A stretch of DNA of 64,000 nucleotides from an uncultured Acidobacteriaceae bacterium (GTDB taxonomy: Bacteria > Acidobacteriota > Terriglobia > Terriglobales > Acidobacteriaceae). The DNA lies in NCBI GenBank assembly GCA_963850865.1, contig CAWKMZ010000007.1, positions 282,845 to 346,844 on the forward strand. The letters are read 5' to 3'. Below, piece after piece: positions 36,474 to 46,186 of this stretch (the stretch's first letter is position 1; the number at the start of each line of letters is the position of its first letter). Position numbers and translations under genes: made by a program. The notes beneath the pieces were generated by a model. The model was given only the letters and a program-made list of their open reading frames with translations, was not told the origin of the DNA and did not search any database.

Positions 36474-37565
36474 ATGGGAGAGATCAACTTGCAAGTCGCA
36501 TCGAGTTTTGGAAGGCGCACAAATTTTGCCGCGGCCGCTTTGGTCAGCGTGGCCATTTTCTCCGCCCTGTCGGGCTGCCACCGATCGCCTTCCGCAGACG
36601 TGGTGGCCACGGTAAACGGCAAGGAGATTTTGCGCGCCGAGCTCGAAAGGAACTACCAGATCACCCTCGGAGACAGCCCGCAAACGCCCTCGTCTGAAGA
36701 TGCCGATATTCGGCGGATGAGCGTTCTGGACCAGATGATCCGGGACGAGATTCTGCAGCAGCAAGCCGCCAAGCTGAATCTGACGGCGAGCGACGAAGAC
36801 GTCAACGGTAAGCTGGCGGAGATCAAGGCCCCTTACACGGACGAGCAATTCAACGCCATGCTGAAGCAGCGCAATCTGTCGCTGGACGACTTCAAGCGCG
36901 ATATTCGGCGCGGCTTGACTGAAACCAAGCTGATGAACAAGGAGATCGAATCCAAGATCAACATAACCGACGCGCAAATTGCCGCTTTCTATGCGGCGCA
37001 CAAGGCGGACTTTAACCTGATCGAGCCGCAATATCATCTGGCGCGGATTGTCGTCACGACAACGTCTGCTCAGCAGTCGCCGAACCTGCAAGGCGAGAAG
37101 CCGGCGAGCGACGCTGACGCTAAGCGGAAGATCGACGCGGCATATAGCCAGCTCGAAAGCGGGGTAGATTTCGCGACCGTGGCGATGAACGCCTCAGAGG
37201 ATCCGAACACGGCTTCGAACGGCGGCGACATGGGCTTTGCGCGCGAATCGCAGCTCAAGGCCGATGCGGAGCTCTACAACGCGATCAACAATCTCAAGCC
37301 GGATCAGTTCACCGATGTTATTCCCGTCTACGACGACTCGGCGCCCGGACACAGGATCGCCGGTTATGCCATCTACAAGCTGATTTCCCGAGAGCCTGCC
37401 GGACAGCGGGAGTTAGGCGATCCGCGGGTGCAGCAGGCCATTCACCAGTCGCTCCACGACAGCCAGAAGCAACTGCTGCAGACCGCATATCTTGAGACGC
37501 TGACGGATGGCGCCAAGGTGCGCAACTATCTCGCCGAACAGATTCTGAAGCGGGGCGGGCAATAA
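36474..37565 (+). CDS. SurA-like periplasmic chaperone / PpiC-type peptidyl-prolyl isomerase lipoprotein
   Basis: Has the lipobox ALSGC, a SurA N-domain-like region and a parvulin motif (SNGGDMGF). The start is set at ATG 36474. The ORF is open to 36318 and overlaps dsbA. Confidence 0.82.
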   Translation: MGEINLQVASSFGRRTNFAAAALVSVAIFSALSGCHRSPSADVVATVNGKEILRAELERNYQITLGDSPQTPSSEDADIRRMSVLDQMIRDEILQQQAAKLNLTASDEDVNGKLAEIKAPYTDEQFNAMLKQRNLSLDDFKRDIRRGLTETKLMNKEIESKINITDAQIAAFYAAHKADFNLIEPQYHLARIVVTTTSAQQSPNLQGEKPASDADAKRKIDAAYSQLESGVDFATVAMNASEDPNTASNGGDMGFARESQLKADAELYNAINNLKPDQFTDVIPVYDDSAPGHRIAGYAIYKLISREPAGQRELGDPRVQQAIHQSLHDSQKQLLQTAYLETLTDGAKVRNYLAEQILKRGGQ

Positions 37566-37755
37566 AGCGCATCCACTCCTTTACCTGTTAGAACTCGGCC
37601 TCTATCTTCGATGCGGCGTAGTGGACCGCCTTGCCGGGGCCAGCAGTCACAACCGAGCCAACCCCCGTGAATTGAATAGACCACGACACTGAAAGTGTGT
37701 TCGGAGGTCATGCCGGGGAAGCTACCCTGGCACAACGGAGATTGGATTGCCAAGA

Positions 37756-37788
37756 AAAACGGCCTCCGAACAAGGCGGAGGCCGTTTT
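37756..37788. terminator. Bidirectional intrinsic terminator
   Basis: A perfect 13-bp stem aaaacggcctccg / cggaggccgtttt with loop aacaagg. A/T tracts lie on both sides. It sits between convergent genes. Confidence 0.75.
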
Positions 37789-37817
37789 GATACCGATGCC
37801 GGATGAAGCCGTAATGG

Positions 37818-38675
37818 CTAGTGCATCTGGCCGCTGTTGTCGATGGTAATGCCGCCAGGACCCTGATTCTTCTTCGCTTCATTGGCCTTGCGCGTATCCA
37901 TCGCCTTGGTGGTCCATTGGTCTGCCTGCGCCAGATCCTCGGTGACGGCGGCAGCGTTGCCGTAGTCCACGTCGGCCTTGTTGCGGTAGATCAGATTCAG
38001 GTACTGCATGGCGTCGTCATAATTGGGACGATCGTTGACCGCCATGGTGAGGTACTTCAGACCTTCGTCAACCAGCGGCGCGTTCTGCTGAGCCAACTGC
38101 TGCATGACATTTTTCGGGGCCTTCACGTTGCCCTTGCCGTCGTCGTTGAGGCCAACAGCCTGCAACGCATTCAGCTTGTTCTGGTGAGCCTTTTTCCAGT
38201 CAATGACGCCGATCGTATAAGCTGCCTCGGGGTCGTTGGGATCGACATCCAGAACCTTCTTTTGCCAGGACTCTGCATCTTCCAACTGGTTAATGCTGAA
38301 ATAAATGCCCGCGATCTTCTTCATGCTGTCGACATCGTTGGGCTTTTCGCTCAAGACGTCCTTGAACATGTCGATGGCCTGGTTGGCGATCTTCAGGTTG
38401 TCGGGTGTTGTAACCCCTGGGGCCACATCCTGCTCGAGCGCAGTGGCCAGGTAGGTCTTTGCCATGGGCAGCTTGGGGTCAAGTTCGGTGGCTTTCTGGA
38501 AGTGCTCGATGGCCTCATCGTAGTGACCGTTCTTGTAGGCATCGACTCCCTTGTTCAACTGATCGCGGGCCATGAGCTGGTTGCAGCCGCTCATGCCAAG
38601 GACCATGCCGGTTAAGGTCGCCGCGAGCGCCCAAAAACGTGCGGTTCCAATCATTTTCTTATCCTTCTCCTTCAA
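37818..38675 (-). CDS. Tetratricopeptide-repeat lipoprotein
   Basis: Has the lipobox GMSGC and several TPR-like units (AIEHFQKATELDP..., AESWQKKVLDVDPNDPEA...). It is the last gene of the tonB-exbBD string. Confidence 0.8.
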   Translation of the reverse strand: MKEKDKKMIGTARFWALAATLTGMVLGMSGCNQLMARDQLNKGVDAYKNGHYDEAIEHFQKATELDPKLPMAKTYLATALEQDVAPGVTTPDNLKIANQAIDMFKDVLSEKPNDVDSMKKIAGIYFSINQLEDAESWQKKVLDVDPNDPEAAYTIGVIDWKKAHQNKLNALQAVGLNDDGKGNVKAPKNVMQQLAQQNAPLVDEGLKYLTMAVNDRPNYDDAMQYLNLIYRNKADVDYGNAAAVTEDLAQADQWTTKAMDTRKANEAKKNQGPGGITIDNSGQMH

Positions 38676-38801
38676 GCTTGGGCCTGCAGGCCTCGCCTGG
38701 AAAACTCAGCAGCCGGGTGCGGCTAAGACATCCCGCAGCCAGGGCAAAAAAAATTGTACTCTTCCTCGCACCCGGATCAAGTGTCTCCGGACACAGCCAG
38801 C

Positions 38802-39239
38802 CTACTGGCCAGCCTGAATCTTTGGCGTCATCAACCCGATGTGGTCTACGTTCGCTGCCTTGCCGATATCAATCACGTCCGCGATATAAGCAAAGTTCAC
38901 ATCGTCGTCGCCCCTAACGAACATCACGCGCTCGGCCCGATTGGCATAAATGTCAGTCAGCTTGGCCAGAAGATCGGCGTGATTCACATCGGTGTCGTTA
39001 ATTTTGTACGCCGGAGCCTGACCTGGGCGATAAAGAACCTGAACAACGATGGTGCGATCGTTCTGCTGTTGCTGCTGTTGCGGGTTCTTGGGAGGCTGGG
39101 GCACCAGCGCATCCAGACCTTTGGGGGTTACCGGCACAATGACCATGAAAATAATCAGCAGAACCAGAAGAATATCGATCATGGGCGTGACATTGATCTC
39201 GCCCATCGCTCCGCCGCCGCCGCCAGTGGAAAATGCCAT
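38802..39239 (-). CDS. exbD: Biopolymer transport protein ExbD/TolR
   Basis: EINVTPMIDILLVLLIIFMV is the signature N-terminal TM. Confidence 0.9.
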   Translation of the reverse strand: MAFSTGGGGGAMGEINVTPMIDILLVLLIIFMVIVPVTPKGLDALVPQPPKNPQQQQQQNDRTIVVQVLYRPGQAPAYKINDTDVNHADLLAKLTDIYANRAERVMFVRGDDDVNFAYIADVIDIGKAANVDHIGLMTPKIQAGQ

Positions 39240-39292
39240 GGTTCAAACTCCTCGTTTCTGAATATCGTTGAACAAGACAATCCGGCTACGAA

Positions 39293-39733
39293 CTACTCGC
39301 CGCCGATCTGATTGCCTTCCCGTCTTTGCGTCAGCAGGCCGACTTCTTCAACACCCGCGGTGCGCACATCGTCGATGGCGTCTTCCACCACCCTGTACTG
39401 CGCGCGCGCGTCGGCGCGAACGTAAATTGTCTTATCGGTCTTGTCTTCGAGCTTATCCCGCACCAGGCTGCCGAGCTCGGAGGGATCGACCTTGTTCTGG
39501 CCGAGGTAGACCGCTCCATCCCGCGTGACAGCAACGACGATAGCGTCTTCTTTGTCGGCGTCGGGCATGTTGGTGGGATTCTCCACCGTGGCCAAGGTGA
39601 TGGCCACCTTGTTCTGCAACATGGGGGTAATGACCATGAAAATGATGAGAAGCACCAGCATCACATCCACCATGGGAGTGACATTGATGTTGGAATTGAC
39701 CTTCTTGCCTTCGTCGCGAACTGCAACTGCCAT
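39293..39733 (-). CDS. exbD: Biopolymer transport protein ExbD/TolR (second copy)
   Basis: Has the INVTPMVDVMLVLLIIFMV signature. The start is set at ATG 39733. Confidence 0.9.
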   Translation of the reverse strand: MAVAVRDEGKKVNSNINVTPMVDVMLVLLIIFMVITPMLQNKVAITLATVENPTNMPDADKEDAIVVAVTRDGAVYLGQNKVDPSELGSLVRDKLEDKTDKTIYVRADARAQYRVVEDAIDDVRTAGVEEVGLLTQRREGNQIGGE

Positions 39734-39887
39734 AATCGGGACTCCGTACGTCTGAATTTTTCTTCCCGGATCCGGTCCAGCTTTGACCGAACTCAAGCAA
39801 CCTCAGGCGGTCATCAAACCGCCGGGCAGAAGAGCTATCCATCCTCTGCCCGGCGAAAATTCTCGCCCAAAAGAAGCCACAGCGCGC

Positions 39888-40631
39888 CTAGCGCTTGTGG
39901 CTCTGCTTGATGAAGTAATCGATCAACTCACTTGAGGAGTTGTCCATCTCCACGTCAAATGCCTCGACGCGTCCGGTGAAATAGTTGAATGCCATAACGG
40001 CAGGAATGGCCACGAGCAGGCCGAATGCCGTGGTGACCAGAGCCTCAGAGATGCCGCCCGCGACCGCGCCGATGCCAGCGATCTTCTGGGTGGCAATGGC
40101 GTCAAACGCGTGCAGAATGCCGACGACGGTGCCGAACAGGCCGACGAAGGGCGCCGTGGAGCCGATGGTGGCCAGAACCGACAGGCCCCTCTTGAGCTTC
40201 GCGTGCACGATGGCTTCAGCCCGATCCAGGGCGCGGCCAGCGCTGGCGATGGTATCCTCGGTCGCCTGACCAGACGATGCGCGGAACTCCTGCAAGCCGG
40301 CCGTAACCACTTCAGCCAGATGCGACTTCTTGTTCCGGTCCGCAATCTTGATGGCTTCTTCCAGCTTGCTCTCTTTGAGCGCGCCGGCAACCTTGGGCGC
40401 GAACTCCCGCGACTGCTTGCGGGCAGCAGAGAAATACAGATAGCGGTCGATCATGACGGCCAGCGACCAAACCGACTCGATGAACAGGACGATGGCCACG
40501 GTGCGGGCCATCCATGCCATGTGTTCCCACAGTTGCATGGGGCTGAAGCCGACTGTCTGCCCTTCATCCTGAAGGAATGCAAGACTGTTGACCGTGTGCG
40601 AAGCGAAATGTGTGAGCTGAGCGAGAATCAC
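39888..40631 (-). CDS. exbB: MotA/TolQ/ExbB proton-channel protein
   Basis: 3 TM. Reads LATIGSTAPFVGLFGTVVGI...ALVTTAFGLLVAIPA. Confidence 0.9.
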   Translation of the reverse strand: MILAQLTHFASHTVNSLAFLQDEGQTVGFSPMQLWEHMAWMARTVAIVLFIESVWSLAVMIDRYLYFSAARKQSREFAPKVAGALKESKLEEAIKIADRNKKSHLAEVVTAGLQEFRASSGQATEDTIASAGRALDRAEAIVHAKLKRGLSVLATIGSTAPFVGLFGTVVGILHAFDAIATQKIAGIGAVAGGISEALVTTAFGLLVAIPAVMAFNYFTGRVEAFDVEMDNSSSELIDYFIKQSHKR

Positions 40632-40782
40632 TGAATCGTTCCTCCTAAGGAGATTCTTTGTACTGAATTAAACCCGACGCGGCGGGCACCTGAGTTCCAT
40701 GGAATGCGGCCCTACGGGAATGCACATTCCGGTCAAAAGCGATGCGCCCTGCCAAAGAAGCGGCAGGGCGCCGGAAATTTCA

Positions 40783-41499
40783 TCACCCACCCAGGGTGAA
40801 GATCACGTTGACGGTGGTTTCGACCTCGACCGGCTCATTGTTGAGCAGGTACGGCCGATAACGCCATTGTCTGACCGCATCGAGCGCCGCCTGCTGCAAC
40901 ATTGCGGGGCCGCTAATGACGCGGAGATCCTCAATGGTTCCCGCCTTGGAGATGGTCGCTTGCAGGACCACGGTTCCCTGGACGCGGGCGGCTTTGGCGA
41001 TGGGCGGATAGGTCGGTGAGGTCTTGTTCAGCAGGAAGCCCACTGCCACGCCGGCCGAGATGTTGACCTTCTTGGGCGGCGCAGCCTTTACTTGCGGACC
41101 GCTGCCACTGCCGAACAAGCTGCCCATGACGCCGTTGCTGTTTCCCATGCCTTCCATGCCGGCAACACCGAAGTTCGATGGCGGCGCTTCCTTGGTGTTC
41201 ACCATCTCAATGTTCTTCGGGATCTTGGTCGGCGCGGTCAGCTGATTGTTCATCATCTCCGACTGCACATGGACGACATGAACTTCAGGAGGCGGAGGCG
41301 GCGGTGGTGGCGGAGGCGGCGGCGGTGGCACAGTCAAAATTGTTGCCATCAGCGCGCTCGGCAGCGCCTCGGGATAGATCAGCGGAATCAGAATCAGCAT
41401 GATAAGAATCCCGAGGTTGATGCCGCCGGTTACCAACATCCACCGGCCGCTCTTCGTCTTGATTCTTTTGCTGGATTCGAACGTGGAATCTTCAAACAT
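40783..41499 (-). CDS. tonB: TonB-family energy transducer
   Basis: Has an N-terminal TM, a run of consecutive prolines, and a C-terminal TonB domain (YPPIAKAARVQGTVVLQATISKAGTIEDLRVISG). Confidence 0.9.
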   Translation of the reverse strand: MFEDSTFESSKRIKTKSGRWMLVTGGINLGILIMLILIPLIYPEALPSALMATILTVPPPPPPPPPPPPPPEVHVVHVQSEMMNNQLTAPTKIPKNIEMVNTKEAPPSNFGVAGMEGMGNSNGVMGSLFGSGSGPQVKAAPPKKVNISAGVAVGFLLNKTSPTYPPIAKAARVQGTVVLQATISKAGTIEDLRVISGPAMLQQAALDAVRQWRYRPYLLNNEPVEVETTVNVIFTLGG

Positions 41500-41671
41500 G
41501 GCCAGCCTCTTAGATCGGGTATCGTTACTCCTATTTTAGACACCACGGGAGGGGGAATTGTTCCCGACTGGAAAATCCACACAAAGGAGCGAGTAAACCT
41601 TATCAGAACTTTGCTCCCACTGCCAAGGGTGCTGCAAAACTGGTGCAATTCAGTTGTCCAAAGTCCTTCTG

Positions 41672-41688
41672 AAAACGGCCCTCGGCCG
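41672..41688 (-). terminator. Weak candidate intrinsic terminator after secF
   Basis: The minus strand reads cggccgagggccgtttt: a 5-bp GC stem, a 3-nt loop and a T4 tract. Confidence 0.35.
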
Positions 41689-41760
41689 CCGCTGCAAGCC
41701 TCTCAGGAATGGTTCCCCGCTGAGAATGAATGCGAAAATCGAGCCGCACGGCCATTGGAT

Positions 41761-42732
41761 TCAGGCCTTCGACTTTCTGGCTGCCGGGAGCGAGGCGGAT
41801 TTGCCTTTTCCGGCCCGCCAGTCTTGCCAGGCCACCAGCATCGGGGCCGCTACGGCGATGGAAGAATACGTCCCGATGAGGATGCCCACCACTAAGGCGA
41901 ATGAAAAATCGTTGAGCACCGGGCCGCCGAAGATGAACAGAGCGAGGACGGTGAGAAAGGTAAGACCCGAGGTAAGCACGGTCCGGCTTAGTGTCTGGTT
42001 GATGCTGCGATTCACCACGTCCGTCAAACCCTCACGCCGGCTGGTGCGAAGATTCTCGCGGATGCGGTCGAAGACAACGATGGTGTCGTTCATCGAATAG
42101 CCGACCAGCGTCAGGATGGCCGCGATGACGGTCAGGCTGATCTCCCGGCCGGTCAGGGCGAAGGCGCCGACAGTAATGAGCGTGTCATGGAAGCATGCCA
42201 CCACCGCAGCCACGCCGTAGATCAACTGGAAGCGGAACCAGAGATAGATGAGCATACCGAGCATGGAATAGAGCGTGGCCAGCGTGGCTTGCTTCTCCAA
42301 CTGGTGGCCCACTGTCGGTCCCACCACGTCCACCTTCACCCCGGTGTTGGGGTTGAAGGAGTTGTTGTAGTGGTTCTGGAGCGCCGATTCGATCTCCTGG
42401 CGGCCGGTATCAAGCGCCGCCTCGTTGGATTCCACGGGCAGGCTGATGAGCACCCGGTGATCGGCTGCCGGTCCGAAGGTGGTAATGGTCGAGTCCTTCA
42501 CGCCTGCCGCTTCAATTGCGTGCCGGATGGCATCGATGTCCGGCGGGTTGGCGAATTGAACATCCACCTGCGTGCCGCCTTGAAAATCCACTCCCAGGGG
42601 AACCGGGCTGCCGATGTGCGACCAGTTCCAACTCATCTTTGCGATGCCGGCCACGCTGAAGATCATGGAAAAGGCGAGGAAATACCACTTCCATCCCAGC
42701 CAGTTCACATTCGGATTGCGAAAGAATTCCAC
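41761..42732 (-). CDS. secF: Protein translocase subunit SecF
   Basis: Reads GVDFQGGT...; 6 TM. GTG start with an AGGAGA RBS. Follows secD. Confidence 0.95.
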   Translation of the reverse strand: MEFFRNPNVNWLGWKWYFLAFSMIFSVAGIAKMSWNWSHIGSPVPLGVDFQGGTQVDVQFANPPDIDAIRHAIEAAGVKDSTITTFGPAADHRVLISLPVESNEAALDTGRQEIESALQNHYNNSFNPNTGVKVDVVGPTVGHQLEKQATLATLYSMLGMLIYLWFRFQLIYGVAAVVACFHDTLITVGAFALTGREISLTVIAAILTLVGYSMNDTIVVFDRIRENLRTSRREGLTDVVNRSINQTLSRTVLTSGLTFLTVLALFIFGGPVLNDFSFALVVGILIGTYSSIAVAAPMLVAWQDWRAGKGKSASLPAARKSKA

Positions 42733-42744
42733 TTTTTTCTCCTG

Positions 42745-42780
42745 GCTTTTAGCTCTGCTTTTAGCTTTTAGCTTTTAGCC
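42745..42780 (+). repeat. 7-nt tandem repeat array (gctttta x4 with one irregular unit) in the secD-secF spacer
   Basis: Reads ggctttta gctct gctttta gctttta gctttta gcc. Read directly. Confidence 0.85.
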
Positions 42781-42815
42781 GGTATCTCCGAGAGCCAGGC
42801 TCGGTTCTTCCCCGG

Positions 42816-42852
42816 AAAAGCTAAGAGCTAGCGGCTAATGGCTAAAAGCTGC
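42816..42852 (-). repeat. Inverted partner array (aaaagct aagagct agcggct aatggct aaaagct gc)
   Basis: Five 7-nt units. ggctaaaagct (42840-42850) is the exact reverse complement of agcttttagcc (42770-42780). The array ends 3 nt from the secD stop. Confidence 0.85.
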
Positions 42853-42855
42853 TTT

Positions 42856-44508
42856 CTAAATCGAAACCATTTCGCCGGCTTTCAATTTGTTCAAATGCGC
42901 CTCGAAGATAACTCGCGAGACAAAGACGGCTGTGAAAAGATTGGCCGCAAGACCGACGGTCAGTGTGGTGGCAAAGCCCTTCACCGGACCGGTGCCAAAG
43001 ATGAAGAGAATCGCCGCCGATACGATGGTCGTAACGTGGGTATCGACGATCGTCAGCCACGCCCGCGCAAAACCCTGATCCACAGCGGCCGAAGCTGCCT
43101 TGCCGGCGCGAATTTCCTCGCGGATGCGCTCGAAGATCAGCACATTCGAGTCCACACCCATACCGATGGTGAGGATGACTCCCGCGATACCGGGCAGAGT
43201 AAGGGTCAGCACCAGGCCGCCGCCGCCGGAAGCGCTCGAAATCGCGGCAGAAAGTCCCATGATGCCCAACAGAATAATCAGGTTAAAGATCAGCGCGAGA
43301 TCGGCGTTGATGCCCGATCCCTTGTAATAGACGAGCATGAAGGCCATGACGACCACAATGCCGACAATGGCTGCCGTGACGCCCTCGCGGATGGAATCGG
43401 CGCCCAGCGTGGCGCCCACCGTACTGGCCTCAATGTAGTTGAGTGAGGCCGGCAGCGCGCCTGTCCGCAAGAGCTTGGAAAGCTCCATCACTTCGTTCTG
43501 GGTGAAAGATCCTTCGATCAGGCCCTGATCGCGGATTGCGCCCTTGATGACCGCGACGCTCCGCACCGAACCGCCCATCACCACGGCCATATCCTTGCCG
43601 ATGTTGGCGCTGGTGTAGTCCCAGAACTTGTCGCCAGCTTCATCGGTCAGGGTGAAATTCACTTGTTGTTGCCCCGTGTTCGAATTCACGCCCGGCTCGG
43701 CGGAGCGAAAATCGCTGCCGGCCACGATCGCGGAGCGCTCGAGAATGTAGTAGGTGGCGCCACTTGCACCGGCCAGATCTCCCGAGCTCTGGAGAATCTC
43801 CTGGTCGGGCGGGAGAGCGCCGTTCACGCTTTGCAGCGCCGCATCCTCGGTTGGAAACGGGCCGCCATCCACGGCATGAATTTCAAGGCGGGCCGTGGAC
43901 TTGATGACGTTCTTCACCTGGTCGAGGTCGCTGATGCCGGGCAGCTCCACCAGAATCTGGTTCGCGCCCAGGCCATACTCCTGAATCAGCGGCTCGCTCA
44001 CACCGAGTGCGTCCACGCGATCGCGAATGGTCTCAATGGCCTCATCGACCGTGCGCTTATCGAGATCGTTCTCGAAAGGCGCTTTCATGGTCAGCGTCCA
44101 GTTGTTGTCGGATCCGCCGGAGACGTCATACTCGTTGGCATATTTATTGCCGGTAAGTAACGTATCGACGGTTTCGGACTGCGCCTGACTTGCCCCCTCA
44201 ATGCGAATGACGTCCGGTTTGTTCGGATCGGGTTTGTAGATCTGGGAGAACGTCAGGTTGGCCTTCTTCAGATCCTGCTGAATCTCCTGCACGGTGTTGT
44301 CGGTTTCGGCATTCACCGCTTCCGACACCTGCACTTGCAGGATCAGGTGCGCCCCGCCCTGCAAATCGAGGCCCATGTGAATGCGGCTGGAAATGGCGCT
44401 CAGCAGCGCCTTCCCGCTGATTCCGGACGGAATTCCAAAGATGCCATACAGGCAGATCAAAAGAACGGCAACGATCAGGGCAATCTTGTTTCTGAGATTC
44501 TTCTTCAT
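42856..44508 (-). CDS. secD: Protein translocase subunit SecD
   Basis: 550 aa. Reads GLDLQGGAHL... with a periplasmic domain and a C-terminal 5-TM bundle. Confidence 0.95.
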   Translation of the reverse strand: MKKNLRNKIALIVAVLLICLYGIFGIPSGISGKALLSAISSRIHMGLDLQGGAHLILQVQVSEAVNAETDNTVQEIQQDLKKANLTFSQIYKPDPNKPDVIRIEGASQAQSETVDTLLTGNKYANEYDVSGGSDNNWTLTMKAPFENDLDKRTVDEAIETIRDRVDALGVSEPLIQEYGLGANQILVELPGISDLDQVKNVIKSTARLEIHAVDGGPFPTEDAALQSVNGALPPDQEILQSSGDLAGASGATYYILERSAIVAGSDFRSAEPGVNSNTGQQQVNFTLTDEAGDKFWDYTSANIGKDMAVVMGGSVRSVAVIKGAIRDQGLIEGSFTQNEVMELSKLLRTGALPASLNYIEASTVGATLGADSIREGVTAAIVGIVVVMAFMLVYYKGSGINADLALIFNLIILLGIMGLSAAISSASGGGGLVLTLTLPGIAGVILTIGMGVDSNVLIFERIREEIRAGKAASAAVDQGFARAWLTIVDTHVTTIVSAAILFIFGTGPVKGFATTLTVGLAANLFTAVFVSRVIFEAHLNKLKAGEMVSI

Positions 44509-44548
44509 CGGTTCGTTTCTCTAGTCCAAAAGATCAAAGCCCGGAGGG

Positions 44549-44884
44549 CTAGGATTTCGAAGCCTCGTCTTGCGTGACTGAAGCAATCGCGTTCTTGGCA
44601 ATTTCAAGCTTGAGGTTATCGGGGGCGACTCGAATTACGAACGAATCGTCCTTGATCGAGATAATGGTGCCGCGAATCCCACCGGTCGTTGTAATCCGGT
44701 CTCCAGACTTGATTCCTGCGAGCATCTCCTGCCATTGCTTTTGCCGCTTCTGCTGCGGACGGATCATGATCATGTAAAGCAGGGGAATAAAAAGCAGGAT
44801 GGGAAGCAGCATGGAAAGGCCGCCGCCGGCTCCGCCCGAGATGGGGCCAGCCGCCCAAAATGCAAAGCTTATCGGTCCGTTCAT
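44549..44884 (-). CDS. yajC: Preprotein translocase subunit YajC
   Basis: Reads PLLYMIMIRPQQKRQKQWQEML..GDRITTTGGIRGTI. Confidence 0.9.
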   Translation of the reverse strand: MNGPISFAFWAAGPISGGAGGGLSMLLPILLFIPLLYMIMIRPQQKRQKQWQEMLAGIKSGDRITTTGGIRGTIISIKDDSFVIRVAPDNLKLEIAKNAIASVTQDEASKS

Positions 44885-45533
44885 GTTCGCTCGCGTCCTT
44901 CACTGCCCTCGCGGCCGCCGTTCGCCGACTTCGGGCGCAGGCTCACCCGGCCATTGCCGCCGGCGCCTGACAAGAAATTTGTCTCCGGGAAAGGTTCTTG
45001 AGGCCTCAGTCTTCTCCGGCCCAAGCTTTGGAAGGAGGGTCTAATCACGGGGCTGGAAACGAGTTCCGGTCCTGCCCACACGCACAACGTAACCCTACCG
45101 CCGCATACTTCCTGTTCGACACAGCATCCCAATGGAATCCAGGCACAAGGAAAGCGGTTCCCCGTTACATGGGTCCCGCCCGGATAGCCAGAAAGAATAC
45201 CTAATAGAGATAAGAAATGCGCGGCGGGTTCGGTGTCAAGGCGAAGGGCGCCCGGGGGTGACGGCAAGCACACATACCGCTCTTTATAGACCTCTTACGA
45301 ATCGACTACTCGTTCTTTACAGAAAAGGGCGTCATCTGGGCTCATGGGGTCTTCCGGGCGTGCGTGAGATGAACTTCAGACGGTGCGCCGGGGGACGGAA
45401 AGAGGTATCGTCCCATGACTCTGGAAATTCATGAGCAGACGCTGTGGCTGATTCCCGTTGGTCTTGCTGTCAGTTTCATGGTCTGGGTGTTTTTGAACTG
45501 GTGGCGTGAAGAGCGGCACCCGAGCCACGTGGG

Positions 45534-46139
45534 TCAGACCGGTCCTTCCGGCGCTGAAGCGTTCCAGTATCGAAGTTCCGGACGGGCGCAGGAGAGGCAA
45601 AGCGACTCGCCATTCACAAGAGAGAACCGGCCGAAGTTCACGCCTTCGCCGCAGCGCTGACACACGATGCGATCGCCTGAGCTGCCGGGCAGATCGGCGG
45701 GATCGATGGTGACGCGGACCCATTGTTCGCGAAAAAGCTGTTCATCTGGCAGTTCACGATAGGCGTGAAGCTGCCGGAGCTTTGTTGTTTCAAGATGCGG
45801 AAAAAGTTGCTCCGCGAGTTCGCGGGTGTTTTCGAGAGCCACGACTCGAATGGCGCGGCCTGATGCAAGATCGACAAAGGTCGCCGCCATCTTGCCCCAG
45901 TCTCTGAACTTGAGAGCGCGCTTGCCGAGACGGCATCCGGTAACGAGCGCGATGGCGTCGGTTGCGCAGCGATCGATTTCAACGTAAGTTACGAGACGCT
46001 TGCGGTCTGCGCCGCGCGGATCGGCAATGCCAAGCCGGGCGAGGCCGAGCAGAGCCATGCGCACACCGAGAACCTGCCCCGCGCACAGGTGACCGTGCGC
46101 GGCTTCAGCCTGCCGCAAAAGCTCGTTGAGCGATTCCAT
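45534..46139 (-). CDS. FmdE-family protein with C-terminal zinc ribbon
   Basis: Reads HGHLCAGQVLGVRMA...DRCATDAIALVTGCRLGKR. The C-terminus is CQRCGE...CLSC. Confidence 0.8.
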   Translation of the reverse strand: MESLNELLRQAEAAHGHLCAGQVLGVRMALLGLARLGIADPRGADRKRLVTYVEIDRCATDAIALVTGCRLGKRALKFRDWGKMAATFVDLASGRAIRVVALENTRELAEQLFPHLETTKLRQLHAYRELPDEQLFREQWVRVTIDPADLPGSSGDRIVCQRCGEGVNFGRFSLVNGESLCLSCARPELRYWNASAPEGPV

Positions 46140-46186
46140 GCTGTTGTGCCGACCTGCCGGTTCGTCCCGAGCGGTGAATTGACGTG

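Noticed and set aside
37821-38615. 264-aa plus-strand ORF opposite the TPR lipoprotein gene
   Set aside because: It is an antisense shadow ORF with repetitive Val/Leu/Gly/His composition. The minus frame shows TPR units and a lipobox.
40783-41499. Long proline run in TonB as a possible slippage or contingency tract
   Set aside because: It is encoded by mixed CCG/CCA/CCT codons rather than a homopolymeric or simple-repeat DNA tract. Pro-rich linkers are normal for TonB.
45063-45077. The minus-strand gggcaggaccggaac resembles the SRP RNA GGUCCGGAAGG core
   Set aside because: The following conserved AAGCAGCC segment and the complementary 3' strand are absent. No SRP-like helix can be drawn.
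45415-45660. 81-aa plus-strand ORF with one TM helix
   Set aside because: It is not listed as a feature. It has an RBS and a helix, but it overlaps the convergent fmdE-like gene by about 125 nt. It is kept only as a low-confidence note within a finding.
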